Positions 19,088-28,807 of a stretch of 64,000 nt of DNA are shown here, piece after piece (position 1 is the stretch's first letter; each line of letters starts with the position of its first letter). Source of the stretch: a virus (Duplodnaviria; Caudoviricetes). Under the pieces are notes generated by a model. The model had not been told where the DNA came from and searched no databases. It saw only the letters and a program-made list of their open reading frames with translations. The stretch covers positions 4,216 through 68,215 of IMG/VR virus record IMGVR_UViG_3300047169_000010, one strand, 5' to 3'. The position numbers were made by a program, and so were the translations under genes.

Positions 19088-19834
19088 ATGTCAAAGAAGC
19101 GAGGGAACCACCCACCACCAGAACCTGAACCAGCGCCACTAAGTCTGCTTGAAACGCTCCTGCTACAGGACGTTCCACGCGATTTTTTGCTGGCAAGCGG
19201 ACAGCACCGTGAAGACGGTGTGTTGGCACAGCTTTCTAGATATGAGCTTCAAGAGCTGGTTCCGCGCACCGCGCAATTGGATGTACCCATGCCCAAAGAG
19301 AACATTCTTAGCTTGGCACGGTGGGTTGTAGAACGAGCTTTGCTGGTGAAACACGGTGTTACAGACGAGAAGTTGGCGGAATACGATGAGAAGGCTGCCA
19401 GATGGACAGCCTTCACCTACACAAACCACGCGGCGCGCGTCGCCGCTCAAACCAAAGAAAAAGCTCAAAGGAGAGCGAATACAGTGGCAGACGAACAGGT
19501 AGCGGCAGTGAAGACGGCAGCAAAGAAAGTTGCGAAGAAGGTTGCAGAGAAGAAGGCGGCGAAGGTCGCAACGAAGAAGGCAGAGAAGGAAGCTGGCCCG
19601 TCCGTGTACGAGACCATGGTGGTCGCAACCAAGAAGGAAGTCCGCGAAGGCAGCTTCTTCGATCAGGTGGTGAAGTTCGCGCAGAACCCGATCAAGTTGG
19701 AGACGCTGATCCAGAAGCTGGTGAAGGAAGTCGGCCCGTCGCTGCGCAGCAGCAAGGACCCCGAGCATGTGGTGCGCACCCGCACACGGGATGCGTTCAG
19801 CCGGTTGGGCTTCTTGAAGGTTGCCAAGGGGTAA
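19088..19834 (+). CDS. Lys/Ala-rich putative DNA-binding protein; paralog of the 58090 gene
   Basis: AKKVAKKVAEKKAAK linker; the C-terminal ~70 aa align with the C-terminus of 58090-58566. Confidence 0.7.
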   Translation: MSKKRGNHPPPEPEPAPLSLLETLLLQDVPRDFLLASGQHREDGVLAQLSRYELQELVPRTAQLDVPMPKENILSLARWVVERALLVKHGVTDEKLAEYDEKAARWTAFTYTNHAARVAAQTKEKAQRRANTVADEQVAAVKTAAKKVAKKVAEKKAAKVATKKAEKEAGPSVYETMVVATKKEVREGSFFDQVVKFAQNPIKLETLIQKLVKEVGPSLRSSKDPEHVVRTRTRDAFSRLGFLKVAKG

Positions 19835-20097
19835 CGTTCTGGCTGTCGTGTATAATCTAGCCAGCCCAGTATGGGCTGGCTAGGACTTTCTGTAAGGAGG
19901 TTCACCGTGACGGCATACATGCGCATCAAGATGCTGCTGGAAAGCGAAGGATGGAAGCGCGGAACGTGGGGCAGCGGTGTCGTGCAGTTCACAAAAGGAA
20001 AGCGATACATAAACATCCAAGGCGCTGGCTATTGGCGTCTCTACAAAGGTGGTAGCCACATCAACGGAAAAGGAATTGACACACTGAGGGCGGCGTT

Positions 20098-20910
20098 ATG
20101 ATGGAAATCTACATACCAACACGAATGGCGATGGCCCGGTTCCATACCGCGCCGTTGCTCAAGGCGGCGGGCGTAAAGTTCACACTGGTGGTTGACAATG
20201 AGGAACAACGGGCGGCGGCGCATAAGCTGGGCTACAAGCGAACAATGCTCACGCCCAACGTGGCCGACCTAGCGGCTAAGCGTACGGCCATCAACCAGCA
20301 GCACGGCAAAGGCTTCTACATCTCCATGGATGACAACATCCAGGAATTTCAGGCCGTCATGCCGAAGTACATGAAACAGAAAGACCTTGACACCGGCAAC
20401 ACGGCGTTCGCTTGGCGCAAGGTGTTCAATCAACGGATTGCGCCCGCGGACATGGTGGACGCGCTGGGCGATCTGTCTGAAATGTGCGTCCACCATGGCA
20501 CTGTATACGGCGGCGTGGCTACGATGGAAAACCCTTTCTTTCGCGGCGGTGAGCGCTACGCTTATCGCCGGTTTGTGAAGGGGAAGATATTCGTCATGGA
20601 GGCCGACCCGCAACTTGAATTCAAGTACAGTATGGTCGAAGACTCCTACATGACGGCGCAAGTGCTGGCCATGTACGGCAGCGTGGTCGTGGACAAGCGA
20701 CTGTTTTACCGGGCGCGCTGGTACGAGCCCGGAGGCCATGGAACGCGAGAGCAGCGCGAGGCAAACGGTTTGATGGATCACCTGCGCAGTATCTGCGCTG
20801 AGTATCCAGGCTTGGTTGGCGTGGGCAAGGGCGGCAACACGGCCTTGCGCGTGCTGCGAACGAGTGAGAACGGAATCAATAAGTGGCGAGAGGAGAACGG
20901 GTATCTATGA
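20098..20910 (+). CDS. TAGT/GREB1-like glycosyltransferase 1
   Basis: IYIPTR N-terminus, AKR..I, SMDDN (DxD-like), VEDSYMT.Q.L..YG, PGGHG, EYPGLV. Confidence 0.75.
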   Translation: MMEIYIPTRMAMARFHTAPLLKAAGVKFTLVVDNEEQRAAAHKLGYKRTMLTPNVADLAAKRTAINQQHGKGFYISMDDNIQEFQAVMPKYMKQKDLDTGNTAFAWRKVFNQRIAPADMVDALGDLSEMCVHHGTVYGGVATMENPFFRGGERYAYRRFVKGKIFVMEADPQLEFKYSMVEDSYMTAQVLAMYGSVVVDKRLFYRARWYEPGGHGTREQREANGLMDHLRSICAEYPGLVGVGKGGNTALRVLRTSENGINKWREENGYL

Positions 20911-21761
20911 AAGACAATCGGTTGGTGATTTATCACGGCAATTGCATGGACGGCTTCACGGCGGCGTGGGCTGTATGGCTAAAGCACCCGGACGCTGAGT
21001 TCGTAGCGGGTGTGTACGGCGAACCGCCGCCGGACTGCACGGGGCGCGACGTGATTCTGGTTGACTTCAGCTACAAGCGACCGGTGATGGAGCAGATCAT
21101 TGCCGTGGCTAAGTCGGTGTTGGTGCTTGACCATCACAAGACTGCACAAGCAGACCTTGCCGGGCTGGACACAGTTTTTGAATTGCACGATAAAGTGAAT
21201 GTGATCTTCGACATGGACAAGTCCGGCGCGCGACTGGCGTGGGAGCACTTCCATCCATTTATGGGTTTGCCGTTGTTCGTGCAGATGGTGGAGGATCGTG
21301 ACCTCTGGAAGTTCTCACTTCCTGATTGCCGCGCACTTAGCGCTTACTTCTTCAGCTTTGAGTATGACTTCATGACGTGGAACGGGTTTCTCAACGATAT
21401 GGAAGCCGTTGCGACGCGTACGCGATGCATCGCAGCCGGCGAAGCCATTGAGCGCAAACATCACAAGGACGTCGCCGAGTTAGTGACTAAGACACGGCAC
21501 GTACGATACTTCGTGCATGGTGCGCTGGGTCCGATTCCGTGTGCGAACCTGCCTTACACCTTAGCCAGTGACGCTGCCAACCTGATGGCTGAGGATGCAC
21601 CGTTCGCCGCCACTTACTACATGGATGCGCGCGGCGATTACGTATTCAGTCTGCGCAGCCGCGAAGACGGTGCGGACGTCAGCGCTGTCGCAGCAAAGTA
21701 CGGCGGTGGCGGTCATGCGCACGCTGCCGGGTTCCGCATCAAAAGTCTGGAGGAGCTGTGA
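20907..21761 (+). CDS. DHH/DHHA1 phosphoesterase
   Basis: YHGNCMDG, VDFS, LDHH, DRDLW, GGGGHAHAAGF. Confidence 0.9.
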   Translation: MKDNRLVIYHGNCMDGFTAAWAVWLKHPDAEFVAGVYGEPPPDCTGRDVILVDFSYKRPVMEQIIAVAKSVLVLDHHKTAQADLAGLDTVFELHDKVNVIFDMDKSGARLAWEHFHPFMGLPLFVQMVEDRDLWKFSLPDCRALSAYFFSFEYDFMTWNGFLNDMEAVATRTRCIAAGEAIERKHHKDVAELVTKTRHVRYFVHGALGPIPCANLPYTLASDAANLMAEDAPFAATYYMDARGDYVFSLRSREDGADVSAVAAKYGGGGHAHAAGFRIKSLEEL

Positions 21762-22525
21762 AAATTTACATCCCAACCTTGGCGCGTACAGACAATCAGA
21801 TTACACTGCACAACCTTCCTAATTTAGTTTTGGAGGATGTGGTGCTGGTGGTCGACAAGAAAGATCGTATACCGTTTGGCGGTGCGTCTACTATACTGAC
21901 TTGCCCTGCACACGGAATCGGCAAGGTGCGCCAGTGGATCATTGACAATCACGATGTGAAGAAGTACGGTAGGTCATTGCTGATGTTGGACGACGACCTG
22001 TCATTCGCCGTGCGGCGCAAGGATGATCCCACCAAGTTTCTACCTTCTACAGCTGCTGACGTTATAGCGATGTTGAACGAAACAGCTGATATGGCGCAAG
22101 AGTACGCGCATGGTGGAATTCTTAGTCGCGAAGGAGGAAATCGTGTTCTTAGCAACTACAAAGAAAATAGCAGAAATCTGCGCGCGCTATTTTACGATGT
22201 GACCATAATGCGAAAACTTGACATTCGCTTCGATAGAATTCCCGTCATGGAAGATTTCGATGTCGCGCTTCAGTTACTGCGTGCTGGATACCAGAGTATA
22301 ACCGTGGCCCGGTATGTGCAGGATCAGATTCGCAGCAACGCACCGGGCGGCTGTAGCACCTACCGCACCCGCGAAGTGCAGCGGAAGGGCGCGCTGGGTT
22401 TGCAGAAGTTGCATCCGCAGTTTGTGAAGACCGTTGAGAAGACCACCAAAACCGCCTGGAACGGCGAAACCCGCACCGACGTCATGGTGCAATGGAAGAA
22501 GGCATATGAGTCAAGCCAACGATAA
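21758..22525 (+). CDS. TAGT/GREB1-like glycosyltransferase 2
   Basis: KIYIPT.AR, RQWI, MLDDD, MEDFDVALQLLRAGY, SNAPGGCSTYRT, HPQFVK. Confidence 0.85.
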   Translation: MKIYIPTLARTDNQITLHNLPNLVLEDVVLVVDKKDRIPFGGASTILTCPAHGIGKVRQWIIDNHDVKKYGRSLLMLDDDLSFAVRRKDDPTKFLPSTAADVIAMLNETADMAQEYAHGGILSREGGNRVLSNYKENSRNLRALFYDVTIMRKLDIRFDRIPVMEDFDVALQLLRAGYQSITVARYVQDQIRSNAPGGCSTYRTREVQRKGALGLQKLHPQFVKTVEKTTKTAWNGETRTDVMVQWKKAYESSQR

Positions 22526-22647
22526 GAAAGTGACTTTGAAGCAGGTTGAGAAAGCGATTGAGAAACACATGTATTCTTGCTGTACGTACGCCAGTCAAGC
22601 GGAGTTGCTCAGGGACAGAGTTCTTAGCGATCTTAGGCGGGTGAAAG

Positions 22648-23625
22648 ATGAATAAGCCTTACATCCAAGAACCGCCGTTTTCTGTTCAGGTTGAGCTTGT
22701 TCAGGGCTGCAACCTGATGTGTGGATTCTGTGGTATCAACGGAATTCGTGAGAAAGCTGGCAACTACGACTTCGCCAACATTGAAACAATCCACGCCACA
22801 GCGTCGCAGATGGCCGAGGCTGGCTGGACGAGCATGATCATCTTAGCCATGCACGGCGAGCCGAGTTTGCACCCACGACTTGCTGACTGCATTGCCACGC
22901 TGCGCAGATACCTACCTAAGAACGATATTACACTTGTCAGTAACGGCAGTGGATTCAATCGTCCTGGAAAGCAGAAGCAACTGGTTCAGGACGTGTTTGA
23001 TGCTGGTCTCACCAAGCTAGCCCTTGACGACTACGAGCACAGCGGCTACATTCCAAAGTTGCTGACGGCTCTGGGAGACGACGTACCGTTCAAGGTGCTG
23101 CACTACCCGGCCGACGGGTTGGACACCAGCCCGTGGCGGCGCTGGCCTGCTAAAAAGCAGGCGATTGTGGTGCTGGCGGACTTGCAGAAAAACGCGGCCA
23201 ACCATGTAGGCTTGGCGCAGCTCAGCAACCACTGTGGGGCCGCTGGGCCGCTTACTGAAAAACTTGCTGGGCAAAGGTGCGCCAAAGTTTTTCGGGAGTT
23301 TAGCGTGCGCTGGGACGGCGGCGTGGCGTGCTGTTGTCAAGACTGGAGAGGCACCGTAAAGGTAGGTAACGTCAACGACACGTCAATCGACAGACTGTGG
23401 AACAATAGCGTTATGCAGGCACTCCGGCGCAAACTGTACCACGGCGAAAGAGATTTCGGTGCTTGTCTAGGCTGTGACTATCGTAGTACACGCGTCGGGC
23501 TGCTACCCGATAAGATGGGTAAGGACAGTCTGCCGCGTGCCGATAAGAAGGACATGACTGTGTTGGCTGCGGCAAGCGCCGGTGATTCTTTGACGCAGAT
23601 TGTATTGCGTCCGTGGGAGAAGTGA
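22648..23625 (+). CDS. Radical SAM enzyme with SPASM/Twitch domain
   Basis: CNLMCGFC (CxxxCxxC), HGEP, and C-terminal C...WDG...CCCQDW...GNV...LWN...C..C. Confidence 0.9.
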   Translation: MNKPYIQEPPFSVQVELVQGCNLMCGFCGINGIREKAGNYDFANIETIHATASQMAEAGWTSMIILAMHGEPSLHPRLADCIATLRRYLPKNDITLVSNGSGFNRPGKQKQLVQDVFDAGLTKLALDDYEHSGYIPKLLTALGDDVPFKVLHYPADGLDTSPWRRWPAKKQAIVVLADLQKNAANHVGLAQLSNHCGAAGPLTEKLAGQRCAKVFREFSVRWDGGVACCCQDWRGTVKVGNVNDTSIDRLWNNSVMQALRRKLYHGERDFGACLGCDYRSTRVGLLPDKMGKDSLPRADKKDMTVLAAASAGDSLTQIVLRPWEK

Positions 23626-23626
23626 A

Positions 23627-24034
23627 ATGTTTCTTTCTGACGAAGCAGTGCAACGCTTCATGGCAAAGATAAAGTACGATGGTGACTGTTGGATATGGCA
23701 GGGTGCTACCAACGGTCCCGGTAACTATGGACACATGGGTGTTCCTGGTCGTAAGACTATGACAACTCACCGTGTGTCTTATCTACACTTTATCGGGCCA
23801 ATACCAGACGGTCTGGATGTTCTTCATAGTTGCGACAGAACACTTTGCGTAAACCCAGACCATCTATTTACAGGTACAGATGAGGACAATAAGAAAGATA
23901 TGGAACGCAAAGGTCGTCAGCGAGATCTGACCAAGCGAACGGCGACTGGACAATTTGCGGCTTACTTGAAACCTCTTCCTATCGTTGACGATAGGAATGA
24001 CAACCCGGATTATGCAGCATGGAAGGACATCTAG
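23627..24034 (+). CDS. HNH (His-Cys box/HNH_3-type) endonuclease
   Basis: CWIWQG...YG...HRVSY..FIGPIP.GL.VLHSCD..LCVNPDHL..GT..DN..DM..KGR. Confidence 0.88.
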   Translation: MFLSDEAVQRFMAKIKYDGDCWIWQGATNGPGNYGHMGVPGRKTMTTHRVSYLHFIGPIPDGLDVLHSCDRTLCVNPDHLFTGTDEDNKKDMERKGRQRDLTKRTATGQFAAYLKPLPIVDDRNDNPDYAAWKDI

Positions 24035-24035
24035 T

Positions 24036-24575
24036 ATGGCGCGAGCAACGCTAAAGAAAAAGAGTAAAGCAGGCAAGGAGTATGCTTGTGATAGATGCAC
24101 CAACAAGATTGTTGCGGGCGAACAGTATTACATGTGGAGCTTCCGCTATGGCGGCACACACTTCCAGCACGCCAGCCACGGTATGCCCAAGTTCAGCCAA
24201 CTGACGCAAAGCAAAATGAGTGGCGCGTACAGAGCCATCGAAGACTGTGAAGCTACACTCCAAAGCTGCGGCAGCGCCAGTGAAGTCGCGGATGCACTTG
24301 GCGCGTGCATTGAAGAGATCGGCAACGTTCGTGACGAGTATCAGGAAGCTATTGACGCCATGGTTTCGCCCGATGGCGTGGTTGGTCAGAATTGTCAAGA
24401 GGCGATTGACAACCTGGAATCGTTCATCAGTGAGTTGGAAGAGGCACAGCAAGAAGCTGAGAATGCTGAAGAACCTGACGATGATGACGACCAAGATGCA
24501 AAGGCTGCACTTGAAACAGCGCTTGCAGACTGCATCAGCAAGGCAGAAGAAGCACTGGGCAGCGCCAGTTTCTAA
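24036..24575 (+). CDS. Hypothetical protein (basic CxxC N-terminus, acidic helical C-terminus)
   Basis: ATG 24036 directly follows the HNH stop. Confidence 0.55.
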   Translation: MARATLKKKSKAGKEYACDRCTNKIVAGEQYYMWSFRYGGTHFQHASHGMPKFSQLTQSKMSGAYRAIEDCEATLQSCGSASEVADALGACIEEIGNVRDEYQEAIDAMVSPDGVVGQNCQEAIDNLESFISELEEAQQEAENAEEPDDDDDQDAKAALETALADCISKAEEALGSASF

Positions 24576-24595
24576 GAACTGAAAGCGAGGGAAGT

Positions 24596-25453
24596 ATGAA
24601 AAGACTTGAAGATTTGTTCGCCTTTATGAAGGAACGGTATTCTATCACACAGAAGAAGAATGCCGGTGAACCGAAGCCGTGGACATCAGACGAAGTTCTG
24701 CAAAAATATCGCTTTTGCAATATCAATCGCGAAGACGATACGGTCACACGGTGGATCGCCAAGAACTGGCGCAAGCCCAACGCCGCAGACCCACACCTAT
24801 GGTTCGCAATGGTGGTGGCTCGGTTTATCAACTGGCCAGATACTTTGGCGGAGATTGAATATCCGCACATAGACGTGTTTGAGAAGTGGGTACAGCTCAG
24901 GTTCGCGAAGTCTGTGCAGTACAGAGAAGTAAATGGGTTGAAGGTGTACGGCGGCGCGTACACCATCAGCACCAACGGGCGCGCCATGGTGAAGTGGAAA
25001 TACCTTGTTGAACATGTGTTCAAACCGCTGTGGGAAGCGCATGAAGAAATTGAATCCGTGCTGGCGACGCCACGATTGCATCTTGCGGCTCTACACGAAG
25101 AACTGTGTAGATTCCAAGGGTTGGGCAGTTTCATGTCTGCACAAGTTATCGCTGATCTGAAATACGTACAGCTGAAGAAAGCGCCCGACTGGTGGACGTT
25201 CGCGGCCAGCGGCCCTGGAAGTAGACGTGGGCTGAATATAGTATTCGGCGCAGACATGAACCGTAGCTGGCGTCCCGGCGAATGGGATGAAAACTTCATG
25301 GAACTGTATGGAAGAGTGGCGCTGATGTGGGCGTCAGAGGGATTTCCGCGCATTCATGCACAAGACGTTCAGAACAGTTTGTGCGAGTTTTCGAAGTACT
25401 ACAAGGTGCTGACGGGCGCGGGTAGACCACGACAATTGTACACAGGAGTATGA
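24596..25453 (+). CDS. 5-hmdU DNA kinase helical-domain family protein (aGPT-Pplase1-like)
   Basis: F..ER..I...K..G.P.PWT.D.VLQKYRFCNI.REDD.VT.WI signature; GPGSRRGL; VQNSLCEFSKY. No Walker A motif is visible. Confidence 0.85.
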   Translation: MKRLEDLFAFMKERYSITQKKNAGEPKPWTSDEVLQKYRFCNINREDDTVTRWIAKNWRKPNAADPHLWFAMVVARFINWPDTLAEIEYPHIDVFEKWVQLRFAKSVQYREVNGLKVYGGAYTISTNGRAMVKWKYLVEHVFKPLWEAHEEIESVLATPRLHLAALHEELCRFQGLGSFMSAQVIADLKYVQLKKAPDWWTFAASGPGSRRGLNIVFGADMNRSWRPGEWDENFMELYGRVALMWASEGFPRIHAQDVQNSLCEFSKYYKVLTGAGRPRQLYTGV

Positions 25454-25528
25454 TAATGCAATTCATACTGGTAGAAGAATCGTTAGTGCTAGAACCGTGC
25501 CGCACACCATGATCAAGGAGTCCTAAGA

Positions 25529-25744
25529 ATGTACGTCCTCAACAAGAAGAAAGACAAACTGTACGCCGTGAACTATGACACTAAGGCCGTCGTAGAATTG
25601 GGAATCATATTGAGACTTGAGCGCACCGCCATGGGTGTTATGACCACCGGCGGTCGCAAGGTTGACCACAGAATTGTGAGCGTATATCTCACCAATCGCA
25701 CACGACTAAGAATACCAATCGCTTTGTTCTACGAGGAGGAGTAA
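25529..25744 (+). CDS. Hypothetical protein
   Basis: AAGGAG RBS; abuts the next gene. Confidence 0.45.
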   Translation: MYVLNKKKDKLYAVNYDTKAVVELGIILRLERTAMGVMTTGGRKVDHRIVSVYLTNRTRLRIPIALFYEEE

Positions 25745-26766
25745 TGCACGTAATCACAGCAGTTGACGTAAATGACGCATTGGCACAGGGACTTGAATAT
25801 ATTTTCACGTACGGCAAAGAAGAACCCAGCCGCAACGGGCCGGTGCTGGTAGCACCCACGCCGGTGACCACCAAGTATCTGTACCCGCACCGACGCGTGC
25901 TATTCAGCCCCACGCGAGATGCTAACCCGGTATTTCATTGTCTAGAGGCGCTCTGGATGCTCGCAGGCCACAACGACATCGCGTTCCCCAAGAAGTTCAA
26001 CAGCAAGTTCGGCGCTTACAGTGACGACGGCGTAACCCAACGTGGCGCGTACGGCTACAGGTGGCGGCAGTGGTTCGGGTATGATCAACTCAAGGTTATC
26101 ATCGACGAGTTGAAGACCAACTCTGCCAGTCGTCGGTGTGTGCTTGCCATGTGGGATGGAGGACAGCTGTCGTACTGGGATAACGACACAACTCGTGGCG
26201 AACCACATCCGGGAGACCTTCTTGCCACGACAGTTGACAAACCATGCAATACTCACATCTACTTCCGCGTTCGCGACGGTGTGCTTGATATGACAGTGTG
26301 CTGCCGTAGCAACGACATTCTGTGGGGTGCGTACGGGGCCAACGCCGTCCACATGAGCTTCCTGTTGGAGTACATGGCCACCGCCATCGGTGTCAGTATG
26401 GGTGTGTATTATCAGGTCAGCAACAACTACCACCTCTACACTGATGTCCTGGGTCGTGAGAAGGGAGAACAGATTATAGAGGAATGCCACGGGGCGCTGT
26501 TAGTCGTTGAGAATGTGCCGCTTGTGGCAAACCCAGAAACCTTTGACAAAGAACTTCAGCGGTTCATGCAAAACCCCGGCGCGGCGTTTGACTATGAAAA
26601 TGAGTTCCTGGGCCGCGTTGGTATGCCGATGTATCTTGCGTGGGAAGCCAAGTCGACGTCTATCACGGATGCGCTAGCGCACGCAGCTTACATCACTGAC
26701 ACAGCTTGGAGATTAGCATGTACCGAATGGTTAGAAAGACTTGAGGTAAGACGAAGTGGAAGATAG
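25744..26766 (+). CDS. Thymidylate synthase-fold dUMP hydroxymethylase (5-hmdU synthase)
   Basis: SRNGPV, DANPVFH.LEALWMLAG, GAYGYRW, SRR, KPCN (catalytic Cys), RSND and WGAYGAN. Asn at the specificity position indicates dUMP rather than dCMP. Confidence 0.85.
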   Translation: MHVITAVDVNDALAQGLEYIFTYGKEEPSRNGPVLVAPTPVTTKYLYPHRRVLFSPTRDANPVFHCLEALWMLAGHNDIAFPKKFNSKFGAYSDDGVTQRGAYGYRWRQWFGYDQLKVIIDELKTNSASRRCVLAMWDGGQLSYWDNDTTRGEPHPGDLLATTVDKPCNTHIYFRVRDGVLDMTVCCRSNDILWGAYGANAVHMSFLLEYMATAIGVSMGVYYQVSNNYHLYTDVLGREKGEQIIEECHGALLVVENVPLVANPETFDKELQRFMQNPGAAFDYENEFLGRVGMPMYLAWEAKSTSITDALAHAAYITDTAWRLACTEWLERLEVRRSGR

Positions 26767-27322
26767 AACCGTTCTAAAGAAGAAGCTGCAATTCATGCTT
26801 GAGGGCAGCGCGGTACAGCGCTTCCACACACGAGCACCGCTGCGACCCAATACCGTGGGGCACCATAGCAACGGCGTTGCTCTAATCTGCTACATGATCT
26901 GGTGGGGTGACAACGCCTGTCTACCACGCCCACATCTGATACTGGCAGCTTGTACGCACGATCTTGCTGAGCAAGTAACTAGTGACGTTAGCGCGCCCGC
27001 CAAGCGACTGCTCGACATTCGCGATATTCTACACCTTTTAGAGAACGAAAAGTTGGCTGACCATGGCATGGACTTCGATCGCTATCTAACAGAGGAAGAG
27101 CTGGCGGCGTTGCGTATGGCCGACCTGTTTGACGCCATGCTGCTGTGCTGCCAGGAAGTTGCGGCGGGTAACAAGATGATGATACTGCCGTATAGACGGA
27201 TGCGTGAATGGGTGCGAGAAGTCTACACTACGCTCACACCGACCATGGCTGAACTCTTTATGGCCATACAAGAAATCATGCAGGAATACAGGGAGGAACC
27301 GACTTATGACTGTTTCAGCTAA
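26756..27322 (+). CDS. HD-domain 5'-deoxynucleotidase/dNTPase (YfbR-like)
   Basis: VQRFH...TVGHHS...THDLAE...D...P.K...MAD..D. Confidence 0.8.
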   Translation: MEDRTVLKKKLQFMLEGSAVQRFHTRAPLRPNTVGHHSNGVALICYMIWWGDNACLPRPHLILAACTHDLAEQVTSDVSAPAKRLLDIRDILHLLENEKLADHGMDFDRYLTEEELAALRMADLFDAMLLCCQEVAAGNKMMILPYRRMREWVREVYTTLTPTMAELFMAIQEIMQEYREEPTYDCFS

Positions 27323-27920
27323 CCCCAATGACCGACAAGTGGGCGGCACCCACTACCAAGACCAAGCAGGTACATGCCCCCACTGTGGCGGTACCATCCA
27401 ACACTGGGACTTGTTCGGCCGCATGAACTATCTGGTGGGCTACGCAGTGCGCTACATCATGCGATTCAAGAATGGCGAGGAAGATCTGGACAAGGCCATT
27501 CACACTATTGAGAAGATGAAGTCTGTGTTCTATCCAAAATCCAAAGATAAGTGCGGCGGCGATGGGCCGTATGCACCGCTACTCACGGCGCTACCCTACC
27601 CCCTACCCGGCGCTCTAGAAGAAGCCGAGAAGTGGGCGCATCAACACGCAGAAGACACCATGCGTACTGAGTGGGCTAACACGCGACCTCCATTGTCTGA
27701 ACAGGAAGCTGCTGACGAAGTGCGTGCCCGCGCCACGGCGTACGCTAACGCCAAACCAGATGCTGACGTGCCACGAGGTTACATACTTGAGGAAGTCAGT
27801 TCGCCTCCGGGCTGTTGGCATTGGCGTAAGGTTGGCGGTACGTGGGGGGTTACATATGAAAGTCGTGCGTCGGCGCTGCGAGCACTGCTAGAACACAGAC
27901 TTGTTTTCAACACTAAGTAG
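27306..27920 (+). CDS. DUF3310-domain protein (related to T7 gp1.7-type nucleotide kinases)
   Basis: ANPNDRQVGGTHY...IQHWD...GYAVRYIMR.KNG.EDLDKA.H. Confidence 0.75.
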   Translation: MTVSANPNDRQVGGTHYQDQAGTCPHCGGTIQHWDLFGRMNYLVGYAVRYIMRFKNGEEDLDKAIHTIEKMKSVFYPKSKDKCGGDGPYAPLLTALPYPLPGALEEAEKWAHQHAEDTMRTEWANTRPPLSEQEAADEVRARATAYANAKPDADVPRGYILEEVSSPPGCWHWRKVGGTWGVTYESRASALRALLEHRLVFNTK

Positions 27921-27938
27921 TGGCGCATGTGGGCCGCT

Positions 27939-27978
27939 CGCCCGCAAATGGCGCAAACTTACTGGCCATTTGCGGGCG
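27939..27978. terminator. Hairpin at the convergence of the + and - arms
   Basis: CGCCCGCAAATGGC/GCCATTTGCGGGCG perfect 14-bp inverted repeat. Confidence 0.6.
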
Positions 27979-28111
27979 CTTTAGCGCCACAGCCGAGGAT
28001 ATTATACGTACTACCCTAGCGGGCAACATGTTCGGACGCAGCCCGCGTAAGTTCCGATATCGGCAATTGCGGCGCTGGCTGCTACACAGGCCCATACAGG
28101 CCGCTGGCAAC

Positions 28112-28804
28112 CTAAAACGGGCATGAATGCGTTACTAGACACGCAATGTTGACGCCCGTGGTGCCGTACGCCCCCAGCTTTTGGTACCACGGCTTCGGTG
28201 CGGTCAGCGCGTCAGCTTCCTTATGCACATCTACCGCTATACTATGGACTTCAACACTGGTACCGGCTATAGATGTAGATATTGCGGCGACGTTAGCGGC
28301 TATCAACGCTGCTCTTGGGCTTGCCAGCGCAGTGTTGAATCTGTCTACGGAGGCATTCCCAGACGTGAGTAAGGCGTTGGTTTTGTCAAACAACAGACTG
28401 GTCTTGCTGTACAGTGCGTCACCCTGACTGTCCCACTTGGTCAGGTTACGGTCTTCGTGGTCAGCAGCAGTTTCAATATGACCAACAGTGCCGCGAATCG
28501 TGGCAAGCGTTCGGTTCACGTCTGGCAACGTACCGCACGGCGCGGGCAGGCATGGTCGATTCAGTGTGTCTGACGTATTGCTGATAGCGCCGGTGGCAGC
28601 TTTCAATAGCGGTGCCACGGCAGCGAGCGTCGTTTTGGTTGTGGCAAGCGTGGAGTTCAGGTTGTCTGTCGTGATCTTAGAGCTGACTGCGACAGACGAT
28701 TCAATTCGTTGCAAAGACCAGAACGTCTGCAATGCCACAAACACAACGACCGCCCCCACTACGGGGACGGTCATATATGCGAGGATGCGAGCAATGCGTT
28801 CCAT
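28112..28804 (-). CDS. Membrane-anchored coiled-coil protein (possible spanin-like lysis protein)
   Basis: N-terminal transmembrane segment, long helical region, position in the lysis cassette. Confidence 0.45.
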   Translation of the reverse strand: MERIARILAYMTVPVVGAVVVFVALQTFWSLQRIESSVAVSSKITTDNLNSTLATTKTTLAAVAPLLKAATGAISNTSDTLNRPCLPAPCGTLPDVNRTLATIRGTVGHIETAADHEDRNLTKWDSQGDALYSKTSLLFDKTNALLTSGNASVDRFNTALASPRAALIAANVAAISTSIAGTSVEVHSIAVDVHKEADALTAPKPWYQKLGAYGTTGVNIACLVTHSCPF

Positions 28805-28807
28805 CGA

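Noticed and set aside
22648-23625. QueE and a 7-deazaguanine pathway as the cause of GA avoidance
   Set aside because: The protein has a SPASM/Twitch extension unlike QueE, and no dpdA, folE, queC or queD is recognisable in the window.
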